Source: a virus (taxonomy: Duplodnaviria; Caudoviricetes). From it: DNA of 64,000 nt. Below the pieces are notes generated by a model. That model was given only the letters and a program-made list of their open reading frames with translations. It was not told the origin of the DNA and did not search any database. The stretch is from the IMG/VR virus record IMGVR_UViG_2936413993_000002, positions 11,053 to 75,052 of that record, one strand, 5' to 3'. The position numbers and the translations under genes are program-made. Positions within the stretch are counted from its first letter, which is position 1. Every line of letters starts with the position of its first letter. Positions 61,051 to 64,000 of this stretch are shown here, piece after piece.

Positions 61051-61332
61051 ATGGAATTCAAAGTAAACATGAATGAATATGTTAAAGTTAAATTAACTGA
61101 TTATGGAATAAAGATTTTAAAAGAACAACATGAGACTCTTAATGAAAAAATTAAGACTCGTGGAGGAATTGGAATAGGAGATTTTAAGGTTGATATAGAT
61201 GAAGATGGATATACAAAATTCCAATTGTGGAGTTTGATGAATCACTTCGGACATACAACAACTATTACAAGTGATATACCATTTGAATTAGATATTATTT
61301 TTGTTAAAGATGAACTTATTAATAATAGTTAA
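61051..61332 (+). CDS. Hypothetical phage protein
   Basis: NMNEYVKVKLTDYG...DEDGYTKFQLWSLMNHFG; SD AAAGGAG. Confidence 0.7.
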   Translation: MEFKVNMNEYVKVKLTDYGIKILKEQHETLNEKIKTRGGIGIGDFKVDIDEDGYTKFQLWSLMNHFGHTTTITSDIPFELDIIFVKDELINNS

Positions 61333-61449
61333 TAATCAACTAATAAAATTACAGTTTTAATGAGAATAATAAATATAGATTTATAGAAATAATATGTTAT
61401 AAAATAAAAAGAAAGGTTATTTAACATACAATTAGAAAGAGGTAAATTT

Positions 61450-62109
61450 ATGCCTTATCATTTTGGTTTAAAAGTACTTGAAGGTAAGCGTGGATTGAAG
61501 TTAACTAGGGACAAATATGCTATTGTTAGTAATAAAAATTCATTCGGAGTTCGATTTTCAAGAGATATTTACGCTGATGAAGCTGCTAAAGTGTATAGTG
61601 ATGAGTGGTGTGAAACTCAACTTAAAGATTGTTTAGAAAATTACGATTTGAATATGAAATATTACTCATCTTTAGATCATAGTGAATTTAACAAGGAAAT
61701 AGAGGAATTTCTCAAAAATAATAAAGATTTTAAGGAAGTAGTAGATTTAAATTTATACGAGGGCATATCAGGCTACTATTTGATGATTCTTGATGAATAT
61801 TCGCAATTATACGTTGGTACGTCTTATAATATTAAAAATAGAATTAGACAGCATTGGAATAAAAGTAAACAGTTCGATAGGTTATTATTTCCAATGGGCA
61901 ATGTTGATTCCTCCAAACTATCAATAGATAGCTTTAGAGCACTTGATACTACAAGAATTTATGTACATATAACAGAAGATACTTATAGTAAGGAAGATGA
62001 TTATATTAATCAATTTTCATCTGAATTCATTGCTAACAGGATGAGTGGTGGAAAAATAGAAGGTGGATTGATTCAAGCTATTTCCATGATGAAAACTAGA
62101 GATTTATAG
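61450..62109 (+). CDS. GIY-YIG-superfamily nuclease
   Basis: SGYYLMILDEYSQLYVGTS.NIKNRIRQHW...E...NR. Confidence 0.7.
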   Translation: MPYHFGLKVLEGKRGLKLTRDKYAIVSNKNSFGVRFSRDIYADEAAKVYSDEWCETQLKDCLENYDLNMKYYSSLDHSEFNKEIEEFLKNNKDFKEVVDLNLYEGISGYYLMILDEYSQLYVGTSYNIKNRIRQHWNKSKQFDRLLFPMGNVDSSKLSIDSFRALDTTRIYVHITEDTYSKEDDYINQFSSEFIANRMSGGKIEGGLIQAISMMKTRDL

Positions 62110-62227
62110 AGTACATTTTTTATTTTGCCATTTATCGTAATTGGGCATATTACATCTTTTGCGATAAATGTACGATTTTATATCGATTAAGTATAAATAA
62201 ATTTCAAGTATAAATGAGGTGTCTTTA

Positions 62228-62482
62228 ATGGGAGCTTTTATATCTAAACAGCCAAACGGCTTATATTGTCGTTTCTCTACCGTAGTCGATTGTCCTACAC
62301 ATTGGAATATGACAAGAGAAGAGTATTTGAGCAATGTCACAGGAACAGTCAGAGATAAGGAGGAAGGTGAATTAATTTTACAAGATTATTTACGACCTTT
62401 TTCAGAGGTCATTGAGCGTTTTGTTCCTAATAATATGAGAGAAGAAAAATTTGATAACTTGTTACAAATGATGGGTAATTAA
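62228..62482 (+). CDS. Hypothetical phage protein
   Basis: MGAFISKQPNGLYCRFSTVVDCPTHWNMT; ATG at 62228 after SD GAGGTG. Confidence 0.7.
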   Translation: MGAFISKQPNGLYCRFSTVVDCPTHWNMTREEYLSNVTGTVRDKEEGELILQDYLRPFSEVIERFVPNNMREEKFDNLLQMMGN

Positions 62483-62611
62483 CACGACTTAATTAAAATA
62501 CACATTTGATCAATAATTAACTTCTATTATTTACTTGAGAGAAATGCTTAATAGGCTTATTCTAATAATGTAAAGTATAAGATAGAAAAAAATAAAGAAT
62601 GGTGGTGAATT

Positions 62612-63178
62612 ATGAAAATAGATTTTAAGATTACAGAATTATTGACTCTACCAGCATCCATCATGGCTGCAATTTGCTTAGCAAGTGGGACATTATTGTT
62701 TTCTCCTGTTTCATTTATAGAGAAACTTTACATGCTTGCATTCAGAGAAAAATACGGATTTATAATTGGAGTAGTATTTCTGATATCATTGTGTATTTTA
62801 ATCGTAAATATCGCTTATACAACCTTAAACTATATTGCAACTTCACGAGCAGAAAAAAGGTTTTTTGCAAATGCAGGTAAGAAGCTGAGAAAACTAAGTA
62901 CATATCAAAAAGCAATTGTTTATGGATTATACCAGGAAGAGAACCGAACGCATGTTTTACCTTTACACGATGGAGCTGTAAGAGAATTAGAACACAATCA
63001 AATCATTGGAAAGGTGTCTAGTCAGTACATGGTTCCAAATCTAAATAATGCTATGATTCCTTATATGGTACAACCTTGGGTAATTGATGAGTTAGATAAG
63101 GATCAAGACCTATTAACAGATTACCAGAATGCATTTAATAAAATGGACAATGATGAAGGAAACGGGAATTCCTTCTAA
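62612..63178 (+). CDS. Superinfection exclusion B (SieB)-like membrane protein
   Basis: Two N-terminal TM helices then L..LS..QKA.V...LPL.DG.V.EL....II pattern. Confidence 0.6.
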   Translation: MKIDFKITELLTLPASIMAAICLASGTLLFSPVSFIEKLYMLAFREKYGFIIGVVFLISLCILIVNIAYTTLNYIATSRAEKRFFANAGKKLRKLSTYQKAIVYGLYQEENRTHVLPLHDGAVRELEHNQIIGKVSSQYMVPNLNNAMIPYMVQPWVIDELDKDQDLLTDYQNAFNKMDNDEGNGNSF

Positions 63179-63364
63179 TTAATAACGTGACTTACATGTC
63201 TTTAACTAATAAAACCCATGTTTTAAATAATATTGACAGCTAAAAGGGTGTCTTTTTTATACTTTTCTTGTAATTTTAAGGAACTATTTAACTATTACCC
63301 TTGCTGTGTTATACTTGCAACTGTGTCAAAAGGCGCATCAAATTTACATAAAGAGGGGAAAAGT

Positions 63365-64000
63365 ATGAAATATTACATCGTGGCTATTTTATCATCAATG
63401 TTGCTATTGTCTGGATGTGGAGAAAACAAGGTTAAAAGTTCGGATGAACTAGTAGAAAAATCAATGGATTCATTGAAAAATAATGCAGATCAAGTGCAAA
63501 GTGATGATGGTACAGCTTTTTCAATGAAATGGGAAGAATATATAAAAAATTGGAATGATACTGTAAAGCAGCTCGGAGAAGAAGAAGCTGAAATTGGGGA
63601 ATTACTCAGTGGATTACCTAGTCTTAAAGAAGCTGAAAAAGTTAAAACATCTGACAGTATATCATATAAAATCAATCTAACAGATTATGCGACGTTAATT
63701 GTTAATACAGATAAGAAGTCAAAAAAAGTGTTTTCAGCTAATGTGATTTCTACTTTTAAGAAAGATGATGTAAGTTTTGAAGATAAAGGTTTAACATCTA
63801 CAGCATTAGGATTATCTTTACTAATGTCAGCAAATCCAAGTCTAGGATTTGAAGATAATATGAATTTAATAGATGAGAACACAGAAATGTCAGATGAGTC
63901 AATGCATTTAGATATGACTGAGAATGACATACATTACTTCCTAAATGGTGAAGACGATGAAAAGGGTTATTTTAAAACTACTGCAACTATTTCAATGTAA
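63365..64000 (+). CDS. Lipoprotein
   Basis: ATG at 63365 after SD GAGGGG; MKYYIVAILSSMLLLSG|C lipobox; stop at 64000. Confidence 0.8.
   Translation: MKYYIVAILSSMLLLSGCGENKVKSSDELVEKSMDSLKNNADQVQSDDGTAFSMKWEEYIKNWNDTVKQLGEEEAEIGELLSGLPSLKEAEKVKTSDSISYKINLTDYATLIVNTDKKSKKVFSANVISTFKKDDVSFEDKGLTSTALGLSLLMSANPSLGFEDNMNLIDENTEMSDESMHLDMTENDIHYFLNGEDDEKGYFKTTATISM

Noticed and set aside
451-63930. Short antisense or overlapping ORFs in the track (e.g. 451-738, 3500-3736, 11930-12262, 43367-43750, 57387-57701, 63685-63930)
   Set aside because: Shadow frames of well-supported genes, with no evident SD or recognisable motifs

Overview
AT-rich 64 kb segment of a large SPbeta-like temperate phage or prophage of a Bacillaceae host. 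Left part (1-42.7 kb, mostly minus strand): the virion morphogenesis operon (tail spike/fibres, GH25-fused tail protein, Dit, tape measure, tail tube, head-tail, capsid, protease/scaffold, portal, terminase), preceded by a metallophosphoesterase, YonK, PhoH and a YonO-type single-subunit RNA polymerase. The tape measure gene is split by three ORF-less group I introns; removing them gives one 1987-aa reading frame. An accessory island between the tape measure and neck genes encodes an FxLYD membrane protein, an orphan MazF/PemK, a Zn-finger/Vsr-like endonuclease, an XRE mini-switch and a tyrosine recombinase. Right part (42.9-64 kb, plus strand): a wHTH + tubulin-like GTPase + pilin-like + VirD4/HerA-like ATPase module with sporulation-sigma-like promoters; a UvrD helicase; a Rha/KilAC antirepressor; a 1.1 kb repeat-rich non-coding region with a GC-skew flip; a yonT/yoyJ-like cassette; and many small early genes. 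From 59.3 to 63.2 kb nearly every gene is followed by a TAAAA-N6-TTTTA palindrome. No tRNA, rRNA or CRISPR array was seen. All product calls come from motif recognition and synteny, not database searches.
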